Below are positions 29,805 through 39,079 of a DNA stretch of 64,000 bases, one piece after another. Origin of the DNA: an uncultured Alphaproteobacteria bacterium (lineage in GTDB: Bacteria > Pseudomonadota > Alphaproteobacteria > Rs-D84); NCBI GenBank assembly GCA_944389555.1, contig CALXMU010000001.1, positions 68,676 through 132,675 of the forward strand, given 5' to 3'. A program made the translations under genes and the position numbers. How positions within the stretch are numbered: the first letter of the stretch is position 1; each line of letters begins with the position of its first letter. Under the pieces are notes generated by a model that saw nothing but the letters and a program-made list of their open reading frames with translations, was not told the origin of the DNA and made no database searches.

Positions 29805-32222
29805 ATGAATGGATTTTTTGAACACTTTGCTGGCGGAGAATTCCCTTTAACGGCTACGATTCTTGTTATGGCCGTGGTTTTCTTATTTATTATACTTATG
29901 ATGTATCTACCGGTTTTGACGCGTAAAATTTTTCCAAAATTTGGTTATACTCGTTATTCTCAATATTTACCTTTCAAAACGGTCTATACTGATAATTCTA
30001 TGACTTTGTCTGACGGTAGCATTATTAGGGTATATAGAATATCTGGTGTTCAAACAAGTATGCAAGATGATGAACAAAGGGCAAAGTTTTTAGACTTGCG
30101 GTCTCAATTATTTAATCAGATTAAAGACCCTAATGTAGTATTACGTTTTTATACAATTCGTGATGCCGTCGGTGAAAATACTAATTATGAGTTTGATCAG
30201 CCTGTTTTACAGAAAATTTATGATAAGTGGAAATCTCAGGGATTAAAGATTTTTACTAATAATTATTACGTTGTTCTTTCTGTTGGTGGTGCTAATGCAA
30301 GAGATAAATTAAATCAATATGGAAATTACATAGAATCTATACTTGCTGCGTATAAACCTAAGTTATTACGTAATGATTCTTCTGATAATATGGCCAAATT
30401 TTTTGGACGTATTTTATCACCAATTACTAAACCTGCACCAATGGTTTGTAATCAAGATATATCAAACGTTGTTACTGTTGATGATGTTGAGTTTATAAAT
30501 AACGGATTGATAAAATATATCGGTGACGGAAGACAATCTTTTGCTGCTGCTATTTCGTTTAAAATTTCTCCAGATTATTTGGATGAGGATTTCTTTAATT
30601 CTGTTTATACAATACAAACAGAAATGATTTGTATGAACGCTTTCAAGATTATGGGGGCCGCTGATATAGAATCTACGTTACGTCAGCGTCGCGCAACCGC
30701 GGACGAAAAAGAAGTTTCTACATCAGAACAAATATCTGTTGCAGAAACAGCAATGGATGAAAATATTTCAGGTAACCAAAGTTTAGTAAATTATTATCCT
30801 TTGTTTTTAATTTTTGCGGCAAGCGTTGAAGAACTTGAAAAACATATAGATGAATTTAATAAAATTGCTGCGTCTTTCGGTGTTTCACCGATTGTAGAAT
30901 CTTTTGCTTCAAAAGTATCATGGTTTGCACAAATACCAGGTTTTGACGTATTTCCACGTAGTTTCAAAATGCTGTCTCGTACTGCTGCGGTAAGTATACC
31001 TATGTCAAGTACACCACGCGGTGTTTCAAATTGTGATTGGGGTCCTGGACCGCTAGTAATTTTCCCTACAGCGCAAGGAACACCGTATCAATTTCAATTT
31101 CATGTATCAGATAAACCTGCAGCTGTTGCACATACTTTAACTATCGGACCAACAGGTGGCGGTAAGACGACTTTATTTAGTTTCTTGATAGCGCAATCCT
31201 TACGGCATAAGAAATTAAAAGCATTTTTCTTTGATAGAAATAAAGGCGCAGAAATATTTACTTTATCTGTCGGTGGTAAGTATATAACTATGCAGGGTAA
31301 AGATAATAAAAACAAAGAAGAAAATTCTTTTGAAACACATTTAAATCCATTAAAAATGCCGGATACAGCTGCTAATCGTGCTTTCTTGCGACGTTGGTTT
31401 GCTATGATTTCTGGTCAGGAAGATGCTAATTCTGCAGATGAAATAGCACGTGCTGTTTCTGTGAATTTTGATTATCTGAATCAAAATGATAGGTTGTTAA
31501 AGAATTTATGGGAAAGTTGTTTTTCTTCGTCTGGTAATATGCGCGCCGCATTAAAAAAATGGGTTGATCCATTGCAATACGGTGATATATTTAATGAAAG
31601 CTCTGATACGTTAGATTTAAACGCTCGTTTAACTACTTTTGATTTCACGGATATTTTACAAGACGAAACTTTGGCACCAGCAGTAATCTCTTATATTTTA
31701 CATAGAATAAACAATATTACTGTATCTGGTGGAAATCCGTCTTTGATTATGATTGATGAAACTGCACCTATGTTGGAAAATAAGATGTTCCGTGATAATT
31801 TCATTGCGGGATTACAAGAAGGACGTAAAAATAGACAGGCTTATATGGTTGCTTTCCAACGTGCGAATGTTTTAGATAAACTTGGAATAGGTGATGTCGT
31901 TCGCGGTCAAGCACAAACTGTTTTATTCTTCCGTAACCCTGCTGCAGATACTTCGGATTATCAATATTGGAACTTAAATCCTCTTGAAATGGCGTTTATA
32001 CAAGGTAAAGCGTATCCTAACTTAAAAAGAGCGGTTTTATTATCAAGACCCGTTACAGGTGAATCTGTGATATTAAATACAGAATTAGGAGGACTTGGAA
32101 ATTTATTGCGTTTGTTCGAATCTGGACGTTCTTCGGTTTTATTAGCAGAAGAATTATATGCTCAATACGGTAATAATTTCGTTACTGAGTATTTGAAAAA
32201 GCAGGGAGCAGGTGATTTATAA
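29805..32222 (+). CDS. virB4: Type IV secretion system ATPase VirB4
   Basis: 805 aa; Walker A GPTGGGKTT; an N-terminal hydrophobic segment (TATILVMAVVFLFIILMMYLPVL) not typical of canonical VirB4 (start choice uncertain). Confidence 0.9.
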   Translation: MNGFFEHFAGGEFPLTATILVMAVVFLFIILMMYLPVLTRKIFPKFGYTRYSQYLPFKTVYTDNSMTLSDGSIIRVYRISGVQTSMQDDEQRAKFLDLRSQLFNQIKDPNVVLRFYTIRDAVGENTNYEFDQPVLQKIYDKWKSQGLKIFTNNYYVVLSVGGANARDKLNQYGNYIESILAAYKPKLLRNDSSDNMAKFFGRILSPITKPAPMVCNQDISNVVTVDDVEFINNGLIKYIGDGRQSFAAAISFKISPDYLDEDFFNSVYTIQTEMICMNAFKIMGAADIESTLRQRRATADEKEVSTSEQISVAETAMDENISGNQSLVNYYPLFLIFAASVEELEKHIDEFNKIAASFGVSPIVESFASKVSWFAQIPGFDVFPRSFKMLSRTAAVSIPMSSTPRGVSNCDWGPGPLVIFPTAQGTPYQFQFHVSDKPAAVAHTLTIGPTGGGKTTLFSFLIAQSLRHKKLKAFFFDRNKGAEIFTLSVGGKYITMQGKDNKNKEENSFETHLNPLKMPDTAANRAFLRRWFAMISGQEDANSADEIARAVSVNFDYLNQNDRLLKNLWESCFSSSGNMRAALKKWVDPLQYGDIFNESSDTLDLNARLTTFDFTDILQDETLAPAVISYILHRINNITVSGGNPSLIMIDETAPMLENKMFRDNFIAGLQEGRKNRQAYMVAFQRANVLDKLGIGDVVRGQAQTVLFFRNPAADTSDYQYWNLNPLEMAFIQGKAYPNLKRAVLLSRPVTGESVILNTELGGLGNLLRLFESGRSSVLLAEELYAQYGNNFVTEYLKKQGAGDL

Positions 32223-32225
32223 AAA

Positions 32226-32846
32226 ATGGATTTAAAGAAATATTTTTGTTCTTTTTTTATTTTATTATTTTCACCGGCTTTTGCCTATGATGATTGTTTG
32301 CCTTATAAATTTACACCAAAAGTTGTTTTAGACATTCCTGTATGGACAAAAGAAGTTGTTCAACCGTTAAGATTTATGGATTTATTTCATGGTAATGTTA
32401 GCGCGACTATGGTTGATAATTATGACATAGTTGCCGATATAACTAATATAGAAGATGGTTATTGTGTATCTTTGAAATCTATTTATGCAACTGTTGGATA
32501 TAGTAACTTTTTAGTACAGATAGATATAAGAAACAAACCAGAAACATGTTCGTATAATGCAGTTTTAGCGCATGAAGATGAGCATATTAGGGCGTATCTT
32601 TCTGTAATAGATGACTATAAAAAAGAATTACAAGATTCAATATATAGTGCTGCAGATTCTATCACTCCGATATTTGTACGTAGTCGTGATGATATAGATG
32701 CAGCGATAAATGAATTAAACGCAGAATTACAGGCGCATCCAGATTTAATTTTGGTAAAGCAGAAAATAAAAGCCGCCGAAGAAATTCGCAATAAACGTAT
32801 AGATCAGAATAATACTGGTGAATCATTAAGAAAATGTTTTGAATAA
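32226..32846 (+). CDS. Hypothetical secreted protein (signal peptide) co-transcribed after virB4
   Basis: N-terminal signal FILLFSPAFAYDDC; contains an HEDEH (HExxH-like) stretch that may be coincidental. Confidence 0.5.
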   Translation: MDLKKYFCSFFILLFSPAFAYDDCLPYKFTPKVVLDIPVWTKEVVQPLRFMDLFHGNVSATMVDNYDIVADITNIEDGYCVSLKSIYATVGYSNFLVQIDIRNKPETCSYNAVLAHEDEHIRAYLSVIDDYKKELQDSIYSAADSITPIFVRSRDDIDAAINELNAELQAHPDLILVKQKIKAAEEIRNKRIDQNNTGESLRKCFE

Positions 32847-32856
32847 TAAAGGTCAT

Positions 32857-33207
32857 ATGATGAAAAAAATAATATTTTTTATTTTCGGTTTACTTTTAGC
32901 CGCATGCGGTGAAAACGTAAACATAGAAGGTAAATGGGTAGAACCTGTACCTGGTATGCCAGAAATACAGCAGGGTTTTAATTTAGAGCAGGGAGGTAAA
33001 GCTGAATCAATAAACATGGCGACTTTGCAGTATTATGCGTGGGAAGTTAAAGATAATACATTGATATTATCTGGTAAAAGTATAGGTAATCATCAGACGA
33101 TTGAGTTTACAGAAGAATATGAAATCGCAAGTGTTGATGACGATAAGTTAGTATTAAAGAACGGTGATTATGTTCGTGAATTTGTAAAATGTATGGATTG
33201 TGAGTAA
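32857..33207 (+). CDS. Hypothetical lipoprotein (lipobox LLAAC)
   Basis: MMKKIIFFIFGLLLAACGEN signal/lipobox; last gene before the island boundary. Confidence 0.5.
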   Translation: MMKKIIFFIFGLLLAACGENVNIEGKWVEPVPGMPEIQQGFNLEQGGKAESINMATLQYYAWEVKDNTLILSGKSIGNHQTIEFTEEYEIASVDDDKLVLKNGDYVREFVKCMDCE

Positions 33208-33211
33208 ATAA

Positions 33212-33240
33212 AAACCGCCATATTTAATGGCGGTTTAAAA
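33212..33240 (+). terminator. Terminator hairpin after the vir-associated lipoprotein gene
   Basis: aaaccgccatatttaatggcggttt + aaaaatc. Confidence 0.55.
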
Positions 33241-33242
33241 AT

Positions 33243-33289
33243 CTGGTTGCGGAGTGTGGATTTGAACCACAGACCTTCAGGTTATGAGC
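33243..33289. repeat. 47-bp direct repeat = duplicated 3' part of tRNA-Met (attL/attR-type island boundary)
   Basis: Identical to 42972-43018 (tggttgcggagtgtggatttgaaccacagaccttcaggttatgagcc); the sequence diverges immediately afterwards. Confidence 0.85.
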
Positions 33290-33458
33290 CAGTTTTTTAC
33301 CAGGTTGATTAAATTTGTTTTATATTCATTTAATTGAATAAAGTGCTTGATTTCTGCGATTTTTTAGATATTGTGTATTTATATAGATTTATTGATTTTT
33401 ATTTTTATGGTAGCCCCAAGGTAGCCCTGTATGAATAAATCAATAAAAAGGATGATAG

Positions 33459-34607
33459 ATGACAGATTTGAAAAAATTTACAATATCTTACCTTGATGGT
33501 TTAAAGAGTGCAGAAAAGGGCAAACGTTACAGTGTTTATGATAGTATATGTCCGCAATTAGGTTTGCGTGTCACTGATAGCGGTAGTAAATCATTTTTTG
33601 TCATGAAAAAAATGCCAGGCACAATGAAAGTTGTTCGTATAACTTTGGGAAAGTATCCAGTTATGACTATATCGCAAGCACGGGATGCTGCCATGGAAGC
33701 CACAAGATATATTTCACAGGGAATAAATCCAAATGATGATAAAAGGCGTTTCAGAGAGCAAGCGACGTTGGGTGAATTGTATAAAGATTTTATGGAACGT
33801 TATTCTAAGAAAGAGAAAAAATCTTGGAAATATGATGAACGTGAAATAGTAAAGTTTTATGGTGATTGGTTTAATCGTAAAATATCCAGTATTACCAAAC
33901 AGCAGATACAGAAAAGGCATGAAGATATAAGATCTAATCATGGTTTATACCAAGCCAACAGATGTTTAGAGCGTTTGCGTGCTATGTACAATAAAGCTAT
34001 AGAGTGGGGTTGGGATGGCTTAAACCCTACTAATGGCATAAAAAAGTATAAAGAGATAAAACGTGATAGATTTTTGTTGGCTAGTGAGGCTAAAGCTTTT
34101 TTTAGTTCTTTGGATGCGGAAGAGAATACGGTTGCTAGAAATTATTTTTATATGGCGTTGTTTACCGGTGCACGTAAGACAAATGTTCTTGAAATGCGCT
34201 GGGATCAAATAGATCTAAAAAACGCTATATGGCGTATTCCTGATACAAAAAATGGCGAACCTGTTATTGTACCCCTGATACCTGCAGCAGTTGAATTGCT
34301 AAAGCGAATACCAAAAGATTCTGAATGGGTGTTTCCTAATCCACGGTCGACCAGTGGACATTTTGAAGACCCTAAAAAGCCATGGGCAAGAATTCTTGAA
34401 CGTGCTGGGATAACAGATTTAAGAATTCATGACATAAGACGTACACTGGGTTCATGGCAGGCTTTGACTGGTGCAAGTCTTCCGATAATAGGTAAGTCGT
34501 TAGGGCATAAATCTACAGAAGCGACTCAGATATATGCACGGTTAAGCAATGACCCTGTCCGTGACAGTATGACGAAGGCAGTAACGGAATTAATGGGGCA
34601 AAAGTAG
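33459..34607 (+). CDS. int: Tyrosine site-specific integrase (P4-like, with N-terminal arm-binding domain)
   Basis: Catalytic R..HDIRRT..LGHKS..TQIYAR (R-H-R-Y) motifs; N-terminus typical of P4-family integrases. Confidence 0.9.
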   Translation: MTDLKKFTISYLDGLKSAEKGKRYSVYDSICPQLGLRVTDSGSKSFFVMKKMPGTMKVVRITLGKYPVMTISQARDAAMEATRYISQGINPNDDKRRFREQATLGELYKDFMERYSKKEKKSWKYDEREIVKFYGDWFNRKISSITKQQIQKRHEDIRSNHGLYQANRCLERLRAMYNKAIEWGWDGLNPTNGIKKYKEIKRDRFLLASEAKAFFSSLDAEENTVARNYFYMALFTGARKTNVLEMRWDQIDLKNAIWRIPDTKNGEPVIVPLIPAAVELLKRIPKDSEWVFPNPRSTSGHFEDPKKPWARILERAGITDLRIHDIRRTLGSWQALTGASLPIIGKSLGHKSTEATQIYARLSNDPVRDSMTKAVTELMGQK

Positions 34608-34608
34608 T

Positions 34609-35289
34609 CTATTCTTGTGGGGTGGTCCCCCTAGTAAAAAGCGTTAGTTGTTGAAGTTCGAATAAATTTGATTTTTTTATTGAGTTTTTTCGTATCTTAT
34701 TTATGAGAATGTGTAATTTACATTTTCCTAATCTTTCTCCACAACCGCACGGGCATATTTTTTTATTTGCCAATCTTTTTTTTGTACAGATTAGATTTAA
34801 GATTTTTAAGACTTGTTCATTTGTTTTTACATTAAAAATATTTTTGTAGTCTTCTAATATTCCCTCATATCCATGTGTTAATTCACCAAAAACGAATTTT
34901 TCTATGGATATGGAATATAAAAACGGGTCAACACAATTTTTTATAAAACCCTTTATCGTAGGTTCTTTTGCTATTTCAGATAAAATTCTTATTCTTGATC
35001 CCAAGCATAAATTATCTTTGCCTATATTATACCAATTTATATGGTGATCTCCGTCACGCGGTATTCTACCAGCGGTTTCGATTACTGTTGGTATTTCATA
35101 AGGAAAATTATGTGGAACTTCAATTTTTAAGTCATAAAAATCATTTATGTAATGCTGTCCTGATTTGATTGCAATAAGATTGTATTTGCCGGTTAGTGTT
35201 AAACACGTATCGGTTTCTTTCATTATTTTCATGCCTGGATTTTCAAGCAAAAATTCTCGTAGTCCAATTTTATCCCATTTTTTTAGCAT
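34609..35289 (-). CDS. E2-like (UBC-fold) protein, CBASS Cap2 'short' type, with a C-terminal Cys cluster
   Basis: HHINWYNIGKDNLCLG matches the UBC HPN...G.ICL catalytic-Cys region; C-terminus has CPCGCGERLGKCKLH; its start overlaps the upstream CD-NTase gene by 7 nt. Confidence 0.55.
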   Translation of the reverse strand: MLKKWDKIGLREFLLENPGMKIMKETDTCLTLTGKYNLIAIKSGQHYINDFYDLKIEVPHNFPYEIPTVIETAGRIPRDGDHHINWYNIGKDNLCLGSRIRILSEIAKEPTIKGFIKNCVDPFLYSISIEKFVFGELTHGYEGILEDYKNIFNVKTNEQVLKILNLICTKKRLANKKICPCGCGERLGKCKLHILINKIRKNSIKKSNLFELQQLTLFTRGTTPQE

Positions 35290-36434
35290 CTGTGCGGCCT
35301 TATTTGAACGTTATCTAAGTTTGTAGGTTTTTTTAGGTTTTGATTTACGAAATGTTTCGGTGTTAAATTATTTTCATCAATTGTTACGCCAAATTTATTT
35401 TTGGCTTCTTTTAATATAGTGTCGCTATTTAGGTTGTTAATGATTAAATCAAAGTCAATTTGTGCCATATATAGCCATCTTTCAAATTCTTTTTTTAATT
35501 CTTTGTTTTGTTCCCATTTATCTGCGAAGTTTTCTTCGGGAATAGTTGGGTTTTTTACTTTATAATTTGATTCTTGCAATATTTTTTCCATACGATTTAA
35601 AATGCCAATAATAGCTTCGTTTATTGTATTTTCTCCTTGGTAGGCTTTAGCTGCTAATGTCGTTATGATAATAGAAATTGGCTTTAATGACTGATTGTCG
35701 TTTTTGTACATAATATCCCTGTGTCGTTTTAATAGTTGTACGCAGCGTTGTAAAATAGTTTTTTGTAAAAAAGTTGGTACAGGTTTACAATCTTCATTTA
35801 ATATTAAACTCTGTTGAAAGTTTTTTTGCTTTTTCATGCGGCCTTCAAACCATTGCGCATATCCTTCTGGGTTACTTATATTCCAATTTAGTGAAATATT
35901 ATTATAATCCTTGTTTCTGTCGTCGGTTATATTGTATGCAAATTTTACCAAGTTGTTTGCGTCTGTTGTAGGTATGTCGTTACGTAATAGGCTTTCTGTA
36001 AGCAATTTGTTTGTGTCTTCGAGTGTCGGAATTCCTGGCACAATGTCCATATAAAAATTAGGTTTTCCTCTGTACTGTAATCTTATACAACGATGTTTTT
36101 GTTCTAAAGGTTCTATAATTCCGTTTATATCACGGTATTTTTCAATTTGTTTTTGTACTAATTCTTTTAATTGTTTTTGGCTTATGTGTAGGATATCAAT
36201 GTTCTTTTTTAGTTTGCAAGTTAGATCTAAATCATATGGTTCTTCTGGATTTAATGGTTTTATGGCTGTTCCTAATCTGAAAGAGCCTTGAGGAAAAATT
36301 TCTGGTTCATAACTTTTTATTTCAGATTGAAGAGCCAAAAATGAACCTAAAGATTCATATCTTTCTGTGGCAATATCATATTCTGTTTTTGTTAGTTCAA
36401 TTTTTTCTAGTATCAAATTTAAGATGTTAGACAT
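35283..36434 (-). CDS. cGAS/DncV-like nucleotidyltransferase (CD-NTase, SMODS-like)
   Basis: Pol-beta-type motif GSFRLGTAIKPLNPEEPYDLDL (GS...GTA...[DE]hDh) and downstream acidic residue(s); RBS AGGA. Confidence 0.7.
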   Translation of the reverse strand: MSNILNLILEKIELTKTEYDIATERYESLGSFLALQSEIKSYEPEIFPQGSFRLGTAIKPLNPEEPYDLDLTCKLKKNIDILHISQKQLKELVQKQIEKYRDINGIIEPLEQKHRCIRLQYRGKPNFYMDIVPGIPTLEDTNKLLTESLLRNDIPTTDANNLVKFAYNITDDRNKDYNNISLNWNISNPEGYAQWFEGRMKKQKNFQQSLILNEDCKPVPTFLQKTILQRCVQLLKRHRDIMYKNDNQSLKPISIIITTLAAKAYQGENTINEAIIGILNRMEKILQESNYKVKNPTIPEENFADKWEQNKELKKEFERWLYMAQIDFDLIINNLNSDTILKEAKNKFGVTIDENNLTPKHFVNQNLKKPTNLDNVQIRPHRC

Positions 36435-36435
36435 T

Positions 36436-37605
36436 TTATTTTCCTATTGTAATTGTTTTGTGAAATCCTAAGTTGTTTTTTCTGTTTCTGTCAAAAATTA
36501 TTAAGCCTAAGTCTGCTTTTGGCATCCATACGCGGCCAAATTCAATAGCTGTTGAAATTGGCATGGCTGGAAAAACGTTTATCTTTTGGTTTGTGCCGTG
36601 TACTCGCTTTATTTCACGCAACACTTCTTTGATTTTTTCTTTGAAAGCATCTAGGTGTTTTTTGCTTTTTATACAATCGTTATTTGGTTCTTTTATTGTT
36701 AATGTCCAAATAGCAACATTTTCGCCGATTGTTTTTTTTATATCTTCATCAGATATTGAGTCGCTTAGTGAAATTTTAAGTGCTATTCCTGTCCCTGTGT
36801 TTTTTGGGGGAATTATTTTGAAATCTAAATTATTTTCATCTTGTAACCAATTCCATGTTTTAGGTGTTCGGTGTAGCTGAAATATTTCAGCATTCGGTTT
36901 GTCTGTTAGTAGTTGGCCAAGTTTTATCAAGATAGGAATTGGGGCGATTGCGAATATTGATAGATTTTTTATATCGCCGTCTTTTTCTATTCTAGGAAGC
37001 AATTTTTGATAAAAACTTTTTTCAAGTGAACGTTCTGTGATATTCCAAAAATCGGTTTCGCTATCGTTTTCTGAAAGCCCCTGTATTCCAAGTTCTATTG
37101 TTGGTTGTTGGCTTGGAAAATATCCGTTGTTCATGACTGCTTCGTAAGCCATGTTTTCAATAACAGGGGTTCTTGTATTGTTTATGTCAAAAACACATGT
37201 AACAATGTTACTGTATTTGTCTTTTGTAAAACCTGTTAGGTATTCGATTCTATTTTCGTGTTCTTTTTTTATTTTTTTTAGACAATCTTCAGAATATCTT
37301 TTTCTGTTACGGTCTATTTCTCTGTGGCAAGTTGGGCATAGTAATAGAATGTTGTTTATATCTTTTGTTAGTTCTTGTGATCGTAATCTGTCGCCACGCA
37401 CCCAATCTGGGCTATTGGCAACGTTATGTGCTTTGTCTGCGATAGGATATTCAAACGCCTTGTCGAAAGTGTCTCTATAAAGAATTCTGTTGCACCTTTC
37501 ACATCGACCGCCTGCTTTCACCCAAAGAATAAAAGTTGACTGAGATGGTAGAACTGAACGGATGTGTTTTGTTTTGGTATAATTGCTTTTTTTATTTGTG
37601 TCCAT
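36436..37605 (-). CDS. HNH endonuclease-SAVED domain effector (Cap5-like)
   Basis: N-terminal HNH: CERCN...HNV...N...CPTCH; ~250-aa C-terminal domain consistent with a SAVED sensor; 1-nt gap to the CD-NTase gene. Start set at the internal ATG with an AAAAAGGGGA RBS (the ORF could begin at 37638). Confidence 0.7.
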   Translation of the reverse strand: MDTNKKSNYTKTKHIRSVLPSQSTFILWVKAGGRCERCNRILYRDTFDKAFEYPIADKAHNVANSPDWVRGDRLRSQELTKDINNILLLCPTCHREIDRNRKRYSEDCLKKIKKEHENRIEYLTGFTKDKYSNIVTCVFDINNTRTPVIENMAYEAVMNNGYFPSQQPTIELGIQGLSENDSETDFWNITERSLEKSFYQKLLPRIEKDGDIKNLSIFAIAPIPILIKLGQLLTDKPNAEIFQLHRTPKTWNWLQDENNLDFKIIPPKNTGTGIALKISLSDSISDEDIKKTIGENVAIWTLTIKEPNNDCIKSKKHLDAFKEKIKEVLREIKRVHGTNQKINVFPAMPISTAIEFGRVWMPKADLGLIIFDRNRKNNLGFHKTITIGK

Positions 37606-37650
37606 TATAAAATCCCCTTTTTGCGCAATCATATCCATTAAACAAACTGA

Positions 37651-37679
37651 TTGACGCGATTCGCGGGATTTTGTATAAT
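37651..37679 (+). promoter_or_regulatory. Near-consensus sigma70 promoter (TTGACG-17-TATAAT), divergent from the CBASS operon
   Basis: -35 at 37651-37656, 17-nt spacer, -10 at 37674-37679; followed ~40 nt downstream by a hairpin + T-run (37714-37760). Confidence 0.5.
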
Positions 37680-37972
37680 TAGGACTGGCTAGGGTACCTA
37701 ATTATTGGATATCCCGTGGGAATTCGCTCTTTTTTGCGGATTCCCTCTATTTATTTTTTTGTTGTTCGTTACATTTTTTACCCTTCATTAAGGTTTATCG
37801 TACAATAATGAAACTGTTTGTCAATATATTTTATGAATAAAAATAGATTTTTTTGATAAAATATGATAATGTAATATATAAATACAAATTGTATACAAAA
37901 ATATATACTTGACTATTTTATATTTTGTACTATATATTTTTGATATAAAGTGGTTTAAATACGAGGATTGAG

Positions 37973-38314
37973 ATGAGTAATATTTTTGATATTTGTAATT
38001 TGGACGATGTTCCAAAAAGCATAAAAGAAGGTTTGAAACGTGATCATTTTGGGGATGAAATAATCCAATTATTTAAAATAGCAAATCGGCCACTGACTGT
38101 AAATGAAGTGTATATAGCGCATTTTAGGATGTTTTCATCAAGTATGAATTCTGATGGTGAATATAAAATAAAAGAAAATACGAAACCGAAAACAAAACGT
38201 CAAATAATGTTGAAACTCTACAATATGAGCAAAGAAAAAGACGCTATGATAGAGGCTATTGATCGTGGGGTTTATAAATTAAAAAAAAATGAGCCGAATT
38301 TGTTTGATTTGTAA
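37973..38314 (+). CDS. Hypothetical small basic protein (113 aa) in the island
   Basis: Preceded by a TTGACT..TATATA-like promoter and an RBS GAGGATTGAG; no recognizable motif. Confidence 0.4.
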   Translation: MSNIFDICNLDDVPKSIKEGLKRDHFGDEIIQLFKIANRPLTVNEVYIAHFRMFSSSMNSDGEYKIKENTKPKTKRQIMLKLYNMSKEKDAMIEAIDRGVYKLKKNEPNLFDL

Positions 38315-38399
38315 ATTTATATTATCTTCGTATTTTATAATTAATAGCGTAAATATTGCATTTGCAAAATAGAAACTAATCAGTTAAAATTAATATGAA

Positions 38400-38640
38400 T
38401 CCAATGGGAATTGGGTTCGGGACTGTTGCAAGTCCGTCTTGTTCGGTGTGACCTACAATAGGGGCATCGTTAGTGTGATGTCTTTCCTGTAGTTTTGCAT
38501 CGTTATTTATCCCTGACTCTTATGCAAGTCGGGGAGCTGTTTGTTATACAACAGGGGTAACCCGAAGACAGCAGAATCAATAACAAGATGATTTGCAAAC
38601 TCCCCGACCGCCATTCCTTTGGCGGTTTACGTTTTTAGGT
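38400..38640 (+). ncRNA. Unassigned structured non-coding segment ending in a rho-independent terminator
   Basis: No ORF of 60 aa or more on either strand; GC higher than its surroundings; multiple hairpins (ggact-gttgca-agtcc; gtcggggag...ctccccgac; ccgccattcctttggcgg + TTTACGTTTTT). Confidence 0.3.
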
Positions 38641-38653
38641 TAAAAGGGGAAAT

Positions 38654-39079
38654 ATGAGAAAATTTTTAATAACTGTATTGGTATTATTTCTTGTTAATTT
38701 TATATTGGCATATTTTTTCATGTTGGGTTTCAATATAGTTGGAAGAGATTCTTACGGTGCTATAGCAAGTGGTATTACCGGTAGTGTTTTTGGAGGAATG
38801 CTTGTGATTCTTTGGCCGTATTTGATATTTTACAAGCTGTTTACCTGGAAAAAGTTCGTTGTTATTTCGTTAGTATTATTCGCAAATGTTTTTGGCTGGA
38901 TAAATATAATACTTCCTAACACTATGGAAGTTGCACCAAAAACGTCTAATTTTTTATTGCTTTGGTGGGTAGTTATTACGCCATTGATACTTTTGATATT
39001 GGCTATCTTCAAATACCCGGAGTGGTTTGAAATAAAAAAAGATAATACTGATAAGAAAATAGGAAAAACAGATGGATAG
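38654..39079 (+). CDS. Hypothetical 4-TM membrane protein
   Basis: Hydrophobicity pattern; RBS AAAGGGGA. Confidence 0.5.
   Translation: MRKFLITVLVLFLVNFILAYFFMLGFNIVGRDSYGAIASGITGSVFGGMLVILWPYLIFYKLFTWKKFVVISLVLFANVFGWINIILPNTMEVAPKTSNFLLLWWVVITPLILLILAIFKYPEWFEIKKDNTDKKIGKTDG

Noticed and set aside
32226-32846. HEDEH in the VirB4-downstream secreted protein as a metalloprotease active site
   Set aside because: Isolated HExxH-like pentapeptide without the surrounding hydrophobic context or a third ligand; could be coincidental (kept only as a note).
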